Shown: positions 32,222 to 44,285, counted from the first letter of the stretch. The stretch: DNA of 64,000 nucleotides from an uncultured Planctomycetaceae bacterium (GCA_963815195.1 CAWFGE010000023.1:192001-256000); one strand, 5' to 3'. Made by a program: numbers and translations. The notes: generated by a model from the letters alone, not told the origin.

Positions 32222-33841
32222 ATGAAGAACGACCTCCGCGAAGATTGGCAAGCTCTCTTACAGACATTTCGGCACGAACGCGACGAGATCGCGCTCGGCG
32301 GCGGCGAGAAGGCGATTCGCCGGCAGCACGAAAAGCACCGCATGACCGCCCGCGAACGGATCGCCGCTTTGCTCGACCTGGGCAGCGAGTTTTTTGAATT
32401 GGGGCGGTTCGCGGCGCGGGGGATGTACGCCGACTGGGGCGGGGCACCGTCCGCGAGCGTGGTCTGCGGGATCGGGCGGATTGCGGGTCGGCAGTGCATG
32501 GTGATCGCCAACGATGCCACCGTCAAAGCCGGGGCGTTCTTTCCGATGACCGCCAAAAAAGTCCTCAGGGCCCAGCGGATCGCGCTCGTCAATCGCCTGC
32601 CTTTGGTGTATCTGGTGGACTCGGCCGGCGTGATGCTGCCGCTTCAGGATGAGGTCTTCCCCGACGAGGACGACTTCGGCCGCATCTTCCGCAACAACGC
32701 GGTGCTCTCGGCGATGGGCGTGCCGCAACTCGCGGCGATTATGGGCAACTGCGTCGCGGGCGGCGGGTATTTGCCCGTGCTTTGCGACAAGCTGGTGATG
32801 ACCGAAGGCTCGGGGCTGTATCTCGCCGGTCCCGCGCTGGTCAAAAGCTCCATCGGGCAGACCGTCTCACATGAGGAACTCGGCGGGGCGAAAATGCACG
32901 CTTCGATCAGCGGCACGATCGATTTCCGCGAACCCGACGAACCCGCGTGCATTGCCCGGCTCAGGTCGCTCGTGGAAACCTGGCCCACGGATCCGCAGGC
33001 GACGCAATTCCGCCGCGGCGAATCCACGCCGCCCGCTCGGCCTATCGAAGATCTCTATGATCTCTTTCCGCTCAACCCGCAGATGACTTACGAGGTGCGC
33101 GATGTTCTCGATTGCCTCGTGGATGCGGGGAGCTTTCAGGAGTACAAGGCCGAGTACGGCGGCACGCTCGTGTGCGGCTATGCGAAGCTCGGCGGGTTTT
33201 CGGTGGGCGTGGTCGCTTGCCAGCATCACCCGGTGCATCCGCCGAAGTCGGGACTCCAGTTCGGCGGGGTGATCTATCACGACTCCGCCGACAAAGCCGC
33301 GCGCTTCGTGATGGACTGCAACCAGACCTGGACGCCGATCGTTTTTCTGCAGGATGTGTACGGCTTCATGGTCGGGCGGGATTCGGAGCAGTCCGGCATC
33401 ATCCGCGCGGGGGCGAAGCTGGTGAGCGCCATCTCCAACAGCCGCGTGCCCAAGCTGACGGTGATCGTCGCCGGCAGCTACGGGGCGGGGAATTATGCCC
33501 TGTGCGGGAAGGCGTTCGATCCGCGGTTGATCTTCGCGTGGCCGAACGCCCGCTGCGCGGTGATGGGTTCGAGCCAGGCGGCTTCGACGCTTCTGGACAT
33601 CAACATCGCCGCGCTCAAACGCGCCGGTCAGGAGCCCGACGCCGAGGAGCTTGAGGCCCTCCGCGAAAAGACGGTCGCAAGCTACGAAGAGCAAACCGAC
33701 ATCCGCTACGCCGCCTCGCGGGGCTGGGTGGATGAACTCATCGAACCGGCCGACACGAGAAACGCCCTCATCACGGCCTTAGAAGTCGCCTGCCGCCACG
33801 CCGACGAGGAACCGTTCCGCACGGGGGTGTTTCAGGTTTGA
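32222..33841 (+). CDS. Acyl-CoA carboxylase carboxyltransferase (beta) subunit
   Basis: MTARERI, ANDATVKAG, LGGAKMH and GSYGAGNY motifs. Confidence 0.92.
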   Translation: MKNDLREDWQALLQTFRHERDEIALGGGEKAIRRQHEKHRMTARERIAALLDLGSEFFELGRFAARGMYADWGGAPSASVVCGIGRIAGRQCMVIANDATVKAGAFFPMTAKKVLRAQRIALVNRLPLVYLVDSAGVMLPLQDEVFPDEDDFGRIFRNNAVLSAMGVPQLAAIMGNCVAGGGYLPVLCDKLVMTEGSGLYLAGPALVKSSIGQTVSHEELGGAKMHASISGTIDFREPDEPACIARLRSLVETWPTDPQATQFRRGESTPPARPIEDLYDLFPLNPQMTYEVRDVLDCLVDAGSFQEYKAEYGGTLVCGYAKLGGFSVGVVACQHHPVHPPKSGLQFGGVIYHDSADKAARFVMDCNQTWTPIVFLQDVYGFMVGRDSEQSGIIRAGAKLVSAISNSRVPKLTVIVAGSYGAGNYALCGKAFDPRLIFAWPNARCAVMGSSQAASTLLDINIAALKRAGQEPDAEELEALREKTVASYEEQTDIRYAASRGWVDELIEPADTRNALITALEVACRHADEEPFRTGVFQV

Positions 33842-33876
33842 GAAGAGGGATATAATTCACGCGAGGAGAACAACCT

Positions 33877-34107
33877 ATGAACATTACAAAAGAGCAATTG
33901 GAAGCCGCCGAACGCGGCCAGCCCGTCGAGCTCTCGGAAGACGGGAAGAATTTCATTCTCATCAGCCGAGACGCGTATGATCGCGTCAGGCATACGATCG
34001 AGTATGACGACGGCGAGTGGACGGAAGAGGAAATGTCCCGGCTGGCCGCGGAGACATTTGAAGATGCCGACAACGCGGGGCCGATCACGTTAAATGCCGG
34101 ACGTTGA
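33877..34107 (+). CDS. Small acidic hypothetical protein (antitoxin-like)
   Basis: GAGGAG RBS; 76 aa, acidic. Confidence 0.6.
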   Translation: MNITKEQLEAAERGQPVELSEDGKNFILISRDAYDRVRHTIEYDDGEWTEEEMSRLAAETFEDADNAGPITLNAGR

Positions 34108-34118
34108 GCGATTTTCCT

Positions 34119-35986
<1,868 letters not shown>

Positions 35987-36060
35987 GCTGCCATCCTTGT
36001 TCGGGGCTCTGGCGTCTTCTGGCGGTTTGGGGGAGTTGAATCCGTACCGGTCACAAAGTT

Positions 36061-36094
36061 CCCCTCACCTAACCCTCCCCCCAAGGGGAGAGGG
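36061..36094. repeat. REP-like GC-rich hairpin upstream of glmS
   Basis: cccctcacctaaccctcccccaaggggagaggg. Confidence 0.55.
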
Positions 36095-36293
36095 AACAAA
36101 TCCTTGCGAGCGCAGACCGGTCCCCATCAACGGGCGAAAGAGCGTACCGCAAACGAAAATCCCGGTCAAGACGGCGTGGCAAATGGCCGACCGCCTATGA
36201 CCGCCTATTGGACCCTATAAACAACAGCCGGCATTTATGTTACAATGAGGATGATATGGGGGCCTAAAGAGTTCATAGGAGAGAGTGTGCGAC

Positions 36294-37607
36294 ATGGCGA
36301 AATCTTCCTCTGCGGTGAGCCGGCGGTTTTTTCTCAAAGGGGCTGGGGCGACGATGTGCTTGCCCTGGCTGGAATCTCTGCCCGTCTGGGGAAAAGAAGC
36401 CGGCGCTCCGCCGCCCAAGCGGTTTGCGGTGCTGTTCATGGCGAACGGCGTCCATCAATCCGAATGGTACGCCCAAGGGGCCGGGAAGGAGATGCAGTTT
36501 GGGAACTGCTTGAAACCCTTGGAACCGCTCAAAGAACACGTCAACGTCATTTCCGGCCTGTTCAACAAGAACGCCACCGGCGTGGGGATTCATCCCGGTC
36601 AAACGGGCAATATCCTGTCGGGCGTGTCGCTGCAAAAAGGGGCGGTCTTGAAGGGCGGGATCTCCATCGACCAGGTCCTGGCCAAGAAGTTCGAGAACGA
36701 GACCGTCCAATCCAGCATCGTGCTGGGATGCGAGCAACCCGTCACCGGCTATCACGAAACCAACTTCTCGATGGCCTACAGCTCGCACATCTCCTGGCAA
36801 AACACCTCGGCCCCGGTGCCGATGGAAGTTTATCCCTCCCTGGCGTTCGATAGCCTGTTCGACAACCAGGGCAGCCGGCGAACGCAAAGCATCCTGGACC
36901 GGGTCAAGGATCACGCGAACTCCCTCAACCGCCAGGTCAGCCGGGCGGATCGGCTCAAGATCGAGGAATACCTGGGCAGCGTCCGCGAGGTGGAAAAACG
37001 CGTCGAACGCATGCGAGCCTTAAAAGACCGCGCCGAAGAACGTGCCAAACAGAAAGGCCCGGTCTTCACCATGCCCCGCCCAGACAACGGCATGCCCGAG
37101 GATTTTCGCGAACACATCAAGCTGATGCTGGACATCATCGCGATGGCCTTCCAGACCGATAAGACCCGCATCGCGAGCCTCCTCATGTGCCGGGATATTT
37201 CGGGGTTGGTCTATCCGTTCCTCAGCGTGCGGATTTCCCACCATTACGCCTCGCACAAAGACACCGAAAGCGAGTACGAGCGGATTTCGAAATTCTACTG
37301 CGAGCAACTCGCTTACCTGGCCCAGAAACTCGAATCCATGCCCGAAGGCGAGGGCACGGTGCTCGATCATTCCCTGCTCTATTTCGTGAACAACCTCTGG
37401 TCCGGCAAACGCCACGACAGCCGAAAGGTTCCCGTGATTACCGTCGGCAATCTGGGCGGAACCGTGGAAACCGGCCGGGTGCTCGATTACCGTAAGCGAG
37501 AAGACGAGGAACGCAAACTGTGCAGCTTGTACCTCTCGATTCTCGACCGCATGGGCGTGGAACTCGACTCCTTCGGCGATGCGACGATGCGTCTGGACGG
37601 ATTCTGA
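36294..37607 (+). CDS. DUF1552 (HXXSHH) family protein
   Basis: SRRFFLKGAGATMCLPWLES, ISIDQ, QTDKTRIAS and HHYASH motifs. Confidence 0.9.
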   Translation: MAKSSSAVSRRFFLKGAGATMCLPWLESLPVWGKEAGAPPPKRFAVLFMANGVHQSEWYAQGAGKEMQFGNCLKPLEPLKEHVNVISGLFNKNATGVGIHPGQTGNILSGVSLQKGAVLKGGISIDQVLAKKFENETVQSSIVLGCEQPVTGYHETNFSMAYSSHISWQNTSAPVPMEVYPSLAFDSLFDNQGSRRTQSILDRVKDHANSLNRQVSRADRLKIEEYLGSVREVEKRVERMRALKDRAEERAKQKGPVFTMPRPDNGMPEDFREHIKLMLDIIAMAFQTDKTRIASLLMCRDISGLVYPFLSVRISHHYASHKDTESEYERISKFYCEQLAYLAQKLESMPEGEGTVLDHSLLYFVNNLWSGKRHDSRKVPVITVGNLGGTVETGRVLDYRKREDEERKLCSLYLSILDRMGVELDSFGDATMRLDGF

Positions 37608-37928
37608 TCGATCGAATGAATGATCGACCGGAATCCCGATCGCATGGCGCAAAAAAATCTCCCCACTCACTCGGATAGGTGAACGGGGAGGAACTGCGCG
37701 TTGTCGGGGGGAATAATGGCTGGGAATGATCTCCGGAATCAACACGCGATAACAACAGGCGTATTGTTACACATCCTGCATCAAAATTTCAAGAGAAATT
37801 CATATTCTTTTGGAAAAATTGGGATCACTCGAAGAATTTTTGTCGCATTTATTCGCCGGAATCTTGAACGGTCTCGAAACACAAGCCCTGTTCGGTTTTG
37901 CGAACGCTGGGTCATCCACAAACGCGAA

Positions 37929-37959
37929 CGCCCCGAAGGGGGGGGAATCCTCCGGGGCG
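37929..37959 (-). terminator. Putative terminator hairpin after rpsI
   Basis: cgccccgaagg / cctccggggcg stem followed by a T-containing tail on the minus strand. Confidence 0.45.
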
Positions 37960-37989
37960 AAGAATCGACGCGTTGTCCAACGACTCGGC

Positions 37990-38643
37990 TTAACGTTTGG
38001 AGAACTGGAAGCTCTTGCGGGCTTTCTTGAAGCCGTATTTCTTCCGCTCCACCATCCGACCGTCGCGGGTGAGATAACCGCCTTCGGACAGTTTGTGGTG
38101 CAAGCCGGCGTCGCGGGCTTGCAAGGCCCGGGCGATGCCGAGCACGATGGCTCCCGTCTGGCCGGTGGTTCCGCCACCGTTGACGCGGACCCAAATATCC
38201 ACCTTGTCCAAGTTGCCGGTGGCTTTTAGAGGACCTTTGACCATTTCCTGGTCGCGTTCCGTGGTGAGGTAGTCATTCAATTCGCGGCCGTTGATTGTGA
38301 GTTGGCCGTTGCCGTCTTTGACCCGCACCCGCGCGACGGAGGTTTTCCGGCGGCCGGTGCCGAGGGCCGCCCCGAAGCGGTCGATTTTCCCGCGGATGAC
38401 GGGCTTGAAACTGGGAGTCACCGTTTCGTCCGCCGGCGCGCCTTCGCCCAGCGTCAATCCTGCCGCCAATGTGCCCGGGGTTTCCAGGGAGGGTTGCTCG
38501 GGTTCGGCGGGCGTTTCGCCTTCCGGTTCCACGGGCGTGACGCCGAGCGGATTCGGAGCCGCCGGCGAAACCGGCGTTGCCACTTGCTCAGGAGGCAAAG
38601 CATCCTGTTCTTGTTCGGGCGTGTCTTGGGATTCGTCTACCAT
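37990..38643 (-). CDS. rpsI: 30S ribosomal protein S9 with acidic N-terminal extension
   Basis: GTGRRKTSVARV, GGGTTGQ and ARKSFQFSKR motifs. Confidence 0.97.
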   Translation of the reverse strand: MVDESQDTPEQEQDALPPEQVATPVSPAAPNPLGVTPVEPEGETPAEPEQPSLETPGTLAAGLTLGEGAPADETVTPSFKPVIRGKIDRFGAALGTGRRKTSVARVRVKDGNGQLTINGRELNDYLTTERDQEMVKGPLKATGNLDKVDIWVRVNGGGTTGQTGAIVLGIARALQARDAGLHHKLSEGGYLTRDGRMVERKKYGFKKARKSFQFSKR

Positions 38644-38671
38644 GAGAGAAGGTCCGCTCTTATGAAAATTC

Positions 38672-39154
38672 CTACAGATATTCGGGGAGTTCTTTGGGGG
38701 TTTGCGACTGGTGGGGATGATGCGGCCCGACGTAAAGCTTCAGCTTCTTGAGCATCTGCCGACCGAGCTTGTTCTTGGGCAACATCCGGCGGACCGCTTC
38801 GTGCAAGATGCGTTCGGGATGACGTTCCCAGACCTCGGCCGCCGTTTCGATCTTCCGGCCGCTGGGATAGCCCGAATAGCGGTCGTAGATCTTTTCTTGC
38901 ATTTTCACCGTGAACTGCGGGTGCGTGGGATGCGCAATGCCCGCCCCGCTGAACCGCACCCGTTCCGCGTTCACCACGATCACGCAGTCGCCGCAATCGA
39001 CGTGGGGCGTGTACGTGGGCTTATGTTTGCCCATCAAAATCGTGGCCAGGCGGGTCGCAAACCGCCCCACAATCTCGCCGGTTCCGTCCACCACGTACCA
39101 ATCGGGCTGGGTGGTTTCCTTTTTTGCCATGTAAGATTTGGGTAAGGCAGGCAT
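38672..39154 (-). CDS. rplM: 50S ribosomal protein L13
   Basis: WYVVD, GKHKPTYTPHVDCGD, AVRRMLPKN and HPHQSQ motifs. Confidence 0.97.
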   Translation of the reverse strand: MPALPKSYMAKKETTQPDWYVVDGTGEIVGRFATRLATILMGKHKPTYTPHVDCGDCVIVVNAERVRFSGAGIAHPTHPQFTVKMQEKIYDRYSGYPSGRKIETAAEVWERHPERILHEAVRRMLPKNKLGRQMLKKLKLYVGPHHPHQSQTPKELPEYL

Positions 39155-39417
39155 GCCGAGCTTCACCTTGATTAGAGCGATTCGAACGGGCACAAGGCCC
39201 CCGCGGGTTTTTGTGTTTTCCAAACCGAAAAGCTTAGCGAGTTCGAGCCGGGCCATCAATGCAGCCGGCACAGAATTTTGGGATTCGCGACGCGATGGTA
39301 GTGCATCCGTCTCGGACGCATAGGCAGGTGAGCCGCGCAAAACAAATTCGCCCGAAGGGCAAGCGAGGGAGTCAGCAATTCCCAAGTTGGCGTTTCGGGC
39401 GATTCATGAATCCCCGA

Positions 39418-40599
39418 TCAGAGATCGACGACCTGGCGGTCTTTGGCGAGTTCGATGTGGGTGCCGCGGGCTTTGGATTCGCGCTGGAGCTGCTCATCGA
39501 GCGTCAAACGGTCCAGCCATTCGCGGTCGGGATCGTGATGGCCGATGTACGTGTGCTTGATCCCGCAGTCGTACGCCCGTTCCAAAACGTCTTCGATGCA
39601 GCTATGCCCCCAGTCCATGCGGCACACCCCGGGCGTGCAGCGTCCGGTGCCTTTCCGCCCGTGGTACTCCTCGAGCAAATATTGCCCGTCGAAATAAGCC
39701 ACATCCGCTCCCCTGGCCATCCGCCGAACGAGTTCCTCGGCCCTTTCGCTGCGTTTTTGCAGGGGATCTTGCGGATCGTCCCCGTGGCGAAGCTCGTGAT
39801 CCGTGCAGAAGACGAACGTCGCGCCCTGATGCTCAAACCGGTACGCCAGGCAGGGAGTCGCCGCATGATACACCGGAAACGGCGTGATCACCGTCTCCCC
39901 GAGGACGATGGGCTCGTTCAAATCGTGGATGCTGCAATTGGGCACCAGGCGTTCTTTGGGATCGGGATGTTTCAGGTCGCGGATTTGACACCCGTGGAAC
40001 GTCGCCGACATCATCCGGTAATCGAGGGGATCGTCCCGGTGGGTCGCTTCGGAAACCTGCTTGGAGAACACCGCAAACCGGTCGTCGAGCGCGGCCAGAA
40101 ACCGGTAATTCCCATACACAGAAAGGTCGAATCCGGGGCGGGCGAAACAAATGTCCGAAAACGGCAGCCCGATCCGGTGATCGAGGTGGTCGTGCGTCCC
40201 GAGGATGTACAGCGTGCGGTCGGCGTCGGGGTCCCAGTCCAGAATTCGATGGCGGGCAAAATGCCGAATGCCGCTGCCGCCGTCGAGCAGAATCACATAC
40301 CCGTCGGACGTTTCGACTTCGGTGCAGGTCGTTTCGCCGCCATAGACGGAATATCTCGCCCGGCCGATCCGCTCGAAAACTCGGGCGATCGTGTCCTGAT
40401 TCACGGGGCCGCCCAGGAGGGTTTCCAGATCGACCGGACCACCGGCGGACCGGGACTGCAAATCCCGCAAAACGCGTTCGATCATGTCGGTGGCGATTAT
40501 GTTCGTGTAATCGTCCACTTCGTCGGGGCCGGGGAAATGCTGCAAACTGCCCTGCGTTCCCCAAAAGGTAATTCGCAGCTTTTTGACGGGCGAATTCAT
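39418..40599 (-). CDS. MBL-fold metallo-hydrolase
   Basis: ITFWGTQGS, YGGETTC, THDHLDH, TDHE, WGHS and HHDP motifs. Confidence 0.88.
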   Translation of the reverse strand: MNSPVKKLRITFWGTQGSLQHFPGPDEVDDYTNIIATDMIERVLRDLQSRSAGGPVDLETLLGGPVNQDTIARVFERIGRARYSVYGGETTCTEVETSDGYVILLDGGSGIRHFARHRILDWDPDADRTLYILGTHDHLDHRIGLPFSDICFARPGFDLSVYGNYRFLAALDDRFAVFSKQVSEATHRDDPLDYRMMSATFHGCQIRDLKHPDPKERLVPNCSIHDLNEPIVLGETVITPFPVYHAATPCLAYRFEHQGATFVFCTDHELRHGDDPQDPLQKRSERAEELVRRMARGADVAYFDGQYLLEEYHGRKGTGRCTPGVCRMDWGHSCIEDVLERAYDCGIKHTYIGHHDPDREWLDRLTLDEQLQRESKARGTHIELAKDRQVVDL

Positions 40600-40793
40600 C
40601 CTGTCACCTGAGGGGAAGGCTAGTGGCAAAGCAGAAAGGCAGGCGAAGCTGCCCGGTTTGCAAAACGTGGGCGACGATGCGAGGCCCTTCTTTCCAAAAG
40701 TCATTGTCGGAATCGAACTTCATACAATAATAATACCGAGCCCGTCAATTTCAAAAAACCGCCGCGAAAATCGGTCCAGGATCCTGGTGTGAC

Positions 40794-41534
40794 ATGACGA
40801 GTCGTTTTCGATCGCCCTCCCAGTATTTGTCGGCCGCGGAATTTTCGGAGAACCCTCAGAATCTCGCCCGGCGGATGTTCCGACAAGCCTGTCGGTTAAA
40901 CTTTGAACAGGCGGGATTCGCGCTCGCCCAACTCGGCACCGACGGGGACTCCCGCCGGCTCCGGCAGTGGATGTTGGACATCTTGGACAGTTTGACGGAA
41001 TGCTCCCGGGAGCAATCGGGGCGAGAATTGCTCGCCCTGTCGATGAGCCGCTTCAACCAGCAGGCCACGACCAAACCGCACCGCGACGGCGGACCGGCCG
41101 AATCGCTGCTGCTTTTGGGTTATGAACCCACCCCGATCGACAGCCGACTTTCGATCGCGGACTATTCCCGCTGCGCATTCGATCTGGGTTTGACGCCGAC
41201 CGAGTTTCTGGATCGGCATAACCCGATGTTTCCCGCCGCGGGCGATTTGCTCAAGGAATACACAATTCCCGTGAGCGAGTTCGATCCGCGGCAGTATCAA
41301 ATCCTGCTGATCAACAACAGTTCCGCCGACTTCGATCCGCCCGACCCGCGCTGGCAAGGCGTGCTGCATCAAGCCACGATCCCGCACCCGCGGGAGGACG
41401 CGGTACGCGCTGTGAACTCCGTCCAACTGACCCCGGCGGGTTCGTCCGGTCTCGTTCCTATGACGGATGCCGAACGAGAACAGTTTCTGACCGACGACGC
41501 TTTGGGCCGGCAATACGGCCGGCAATCCGCGTGA
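40794..41534 (+). CDS. Hypothetical protein, possible Fe(II)/2OG (TauD-like) oxygenase
   Basis: HRD ... LH candidate facial triad; 246 aa. Confidence 0.55.
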   Translation: MTSRFRSPSQYLSAAEFSENPQNLARRMFRQACRLNFEQAGFALAQLGTDGDSRRLRQWMLDILDSLTECSREQSGRELLALSMSRFNQQATTKPHRDGGPAESLLLLGYEPTPIDSRLSIADYSRCAFDLGLTPTEFLDRHNPMFPAAGDLLKEYTIPVSEFDPRQYQILLINNSSADFDPPDPRWQGVLHQATIPHPREDAVRAVNSVQLTPAGSSGLVPMTDAEREQFLTDDALGRQYGRQSA

Positions 41535-41549
41535 AGAACCGATTCGGTT

Positions 41550-41846
41550 TCAAGGGACATCCGTTGAGTCTGTCAAAGCCGGTTCCTGGAGACTCCGCGC
41601 GACGCGAAAGCCAATATCTGCCACATCCTGCTCCAGGTCAAAACCACGAAACGCGGATCGGCAGTGATAACTCCCCCGAAACGATCCCCCGCGAACCACA
41701 CATAGGTTAGATGCTTTTTCGCACACCGGATCCTCGATGGGCGATCTCAGATAAAATCCGAGATCATGCCGGTCGTCATACCATTCCGAAACGTTTCCAT
41801 GCATATCGTAGAGACCAAAAGCGTTCGGCGGATAGGAACCGACGGG
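41550..41846 (-). pseudogene. C-terminal fragment of a formylglycine-generating enzyme (SUMF1) domain protein
   Basis: [26 protein letters not shown] and IGFRV motifs; 5' part missing. Confidence 0.8.
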
Positions 41847-42070
41847 CTCAAGAAAATCATCAAACGCGCCGGACTCAAAGTTTGGCCGAAGATTTGGCAG
41901 AACCTCAGGTCAACCCGGCAAACGGAATTCGAGAGAAGACTTCCCGGCCCACGTTGTCTGTGCTTGGATGGGGAATCGCGAACCCGTCGCCAAACCGCAT
42001 TACCTCCAAGTCACCGACCAGCACTTTGAAAAAGCTGTGTTTAACGCGCTGCAAAACCCGGTGCAGACAT
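41847..42070 (+). pseudogene. C-terminal remnant of a tyrosine recombinase/integrase
   Basis: [21 protein letters not shown] then HVVCAWMGN...HYLQVTD (box II and catalytic Tyr) across a frameshift; adjacent to the tRNA 3' end. Confidence 0.75.
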
Positions 42071-42172
42071 TGCACGCTCGGCAGAACTCGCCAAAGGTGA
42101 ACAACGCGAATTCGCCAAGTGCCTCAAGGCGAGCGATGCCGATATTTGGCGAACATCGACAGTGTGCAAAAG

Positions 42173-42246
42173 TAGGGCCGGAGGGACTCGAACCCCCAAC
42201 CAACAAATTATGAGTTTGCTGCTCTAACCGATTGAGCTACGGCCCC
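42173..42246 (-). tRNA. tRNA with CAT anticodon, probably tRNA-Ile2 (lysidine-modified); CCA not encoded
   Basis: GGGGCCGTAGCTCAATCGGTTAGAGCAGCAAACTCATAATTTGTTGGTTGGGGGTTCGAGTCCCTCCGGCCCTA folds as a cloverleaf; G27-U43 and C5-G68 pairs favour Ile2 over Met. Confidence 0.92.
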
Positions 42247-42473
42247 AATCTTTTTGGTAACGGCTTGCGTCACATGGATTTGTGATGCAAGCCGGTTTTG
42301 TCTGTGTCTGTCCCGGGTGCGTGTTTAATTCCTATTTGCAGCCTGTGGAACCTAGCTCTCCAAATCGGCCCGAGGTCCGCGGGCAGGAAATGGGTTAACT
42401 CTATCGGCGGATTGGGGCCGGGTCCAGTCCGCGCGCGGCGGCCACTGGCAACTTGTTGTCACTGCTTCCCACG

Positions 42474-43782
42474 TTATCGCGACGCCGCTTGCGACAGGCC
42501 GGCAAGTTGTTCGAGCAGGCTCTCGCCAAGTTCTGGCTCGCTCATCGCGATATACGCCGCATAGCCGGCGAGGGTTTGCGGCGTTTCGCCGTCGCGGAGC
42601 GGTTTGCCCTTTGTCAGATTATGGATCGCCGCGCGGATTTGCCGTTTGAGCGTTCGGGAAACGCGGGGCGGGCGGTCGCCGTTGGTGACGAGGCCCGTCA
42701 CCTGCTGCCGGCTGCCTTGGCGGTTGATGCGGGTTTTTTCGGGATGAATCTGAAACCCCTCATCGGCCACCGTCCGCTTGACGAGGCCCATCAGCCGGCC
42801 CAAACTCGGCGGCCCCTTATGCTCCGCCGGCAGGCTGAACGTCAAATCGTCCGCATACCGCGTGTACCGCCAACCGTGCTTTTTCGCGAGCCCCGACAGC
42901 CTGCGGTCCATCCGCAAGCAGAGCGTGTTCGTCAAGCCGGGGCTCGTCGGCGCGCCTTGCGGCAAACACCTCGGGCCCAAGGCGATAAAGTAAGTCTTGC
43001 CGTTGTGCTCGACGATCTCGCGGGGCGACTCGGTGCACAGGAGCGCGAGCAGCGTGGCGATCTGCTCGCGGTAGCCGGCCTTGCGGAACACGCCCTTCAC
43101 CCGCGGCAGCGTGACCGTGGGGAAGAAATTCTGGATGTCCATCTTCAAGAGGATCTGCGAATCGGTGTGCATCTTCGCGTTGGACAAAATCGACCGGCCC
43201 GGCAGGAAACCGTGGGCCGCCCCGTGGACGATCAGCTTTTCCACGATGTTCCGCAGAATCCAGCGTTGGGCGGCTTTGAGTTTCGGCAGCGGCGCCCAGA
43301 TCGCCCGCTCGCTGCCGTCGCGCTTGGGGATCGTAAACCGCCGATAGTGGATCAAAGTCGCCGCTTCGCGGTGATAGGCCAGCCAGCGAAGTTCCGCCAC
43401 GGAAAGATCCAGACTCTCGGCGAGCTCTTTCGGCGAATCCAGCGGCGGGCAGCTCGTTCTCGGCCGCGCGTTCCTCGGCGTGCTCCAGGTCCCACTTGTC
43501 CCAATCCAGGCCATCGTTCCAGAACACGTGCTCGCCCAGATGCACGATATAGTTGGCCCGGTACGCCTGCCAGGCTTCCGCCTTCAGCTTTTTCTTCTCC
43601 GCCGCCTCGCCCTTCAGTTGTTTTTTGTATGCCGCGAGTTCGCGTTTGGACATGCGGCCGGTTTCCCGGCGTTCGACGAGAAACCCGCGTTCGCGAAGCT
43701 GCTGCTCGATGTAAGCCTGCACGCTCCCCGCCTGCTCAATCGCCCGCCAAACCGCCGCCGCGTCCGACCGCCTTGCTGCCAT
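42474..43782 (-). CDS. Retron-type reverse transcriptase, Mx162-like (frameshift near 43448)
   Basis: IPKRDG, AAHGF, NAKMH (NAxxH), KMDIQNFFP, LPQGAPTSP, YTRYADD and VTG motifs; helical N-terminal extension; AGGA RBS before 43782. Confidence 0.92.
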
Positions 43783-43983
43783 GTCGTGTGGTCCTAAAGC
43801 CTTTATGTTTTGAAAAATCGAATCCGATGAGACAAGGTGTGTCACGATACGTCAGATCACAAGTGGACGCATCATTATTTTTTAGAAATCTGTTTCGGAA
43901 CATAAGCCCTATTTAACAAAATAGTTACCAAAAGTGCCAATCGTCGTCTGTCCAAAAAATCGCTCTGCAAGAAAATTTAGTCG

Positions 43984-44011
43984 TTGACATCCCTCCATAG
44001 CCGCATATAAA
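43984..44011 (+). promoter_or_regulatory. Putative sigma70 promoter divergent from the RT
   Basis: TTGACA-16 nt-TATAAA; purine-rich RBS-like GGAAAGGG and ATG downstream at 44109. Confidence 0.5.
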
Positions 44012-44139
44012 CGGGAAAATCACCTCAATCGGGTTTTCACTTCTTACCCGTTCCACTCAAAACGCCGTTGGATTCCGATCACTTCCCCATTTCGGAAAGG
44101 GCTGCACGATGTTGTTAAGGGATTGGCTCGATCCGCACT

Positions 44140-44228
44140 GGTGCCACTGGCAACTTGTTGCCAGTGTTTGCTTGATATTCGATCAATCACGCGTCAAAAG
44201 CACTGGCAGATAAGCCACCAGTGCCACC
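44140..44228. repeat. REPIN-like long imperfect hairpin; a half copy lies at 42441-42465
   Basis: ggtgccactggcaacttgttgccagtg ... cactggcagataagccaccagtgccacc; gccactggcaacttgttg also at 42441. Confidence 0.75.
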
Positions 44229-44285
44229 ATTGCCACCCCGGCGCCGGCTTTACTTGCCTATTGAGATGTGTTTGTGCCAGTTTGA

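Noticed and set aside
35987..36290. glmS ribozyme upstream of glmS
   Set aside because: No recognisable conserved core; only a REP-like hairpin.
42474..43782. RT as a group II intron maturase
   Set aside because: No maturase X or endonuclease domain and no recognisable domain V/VI after the stop codon.
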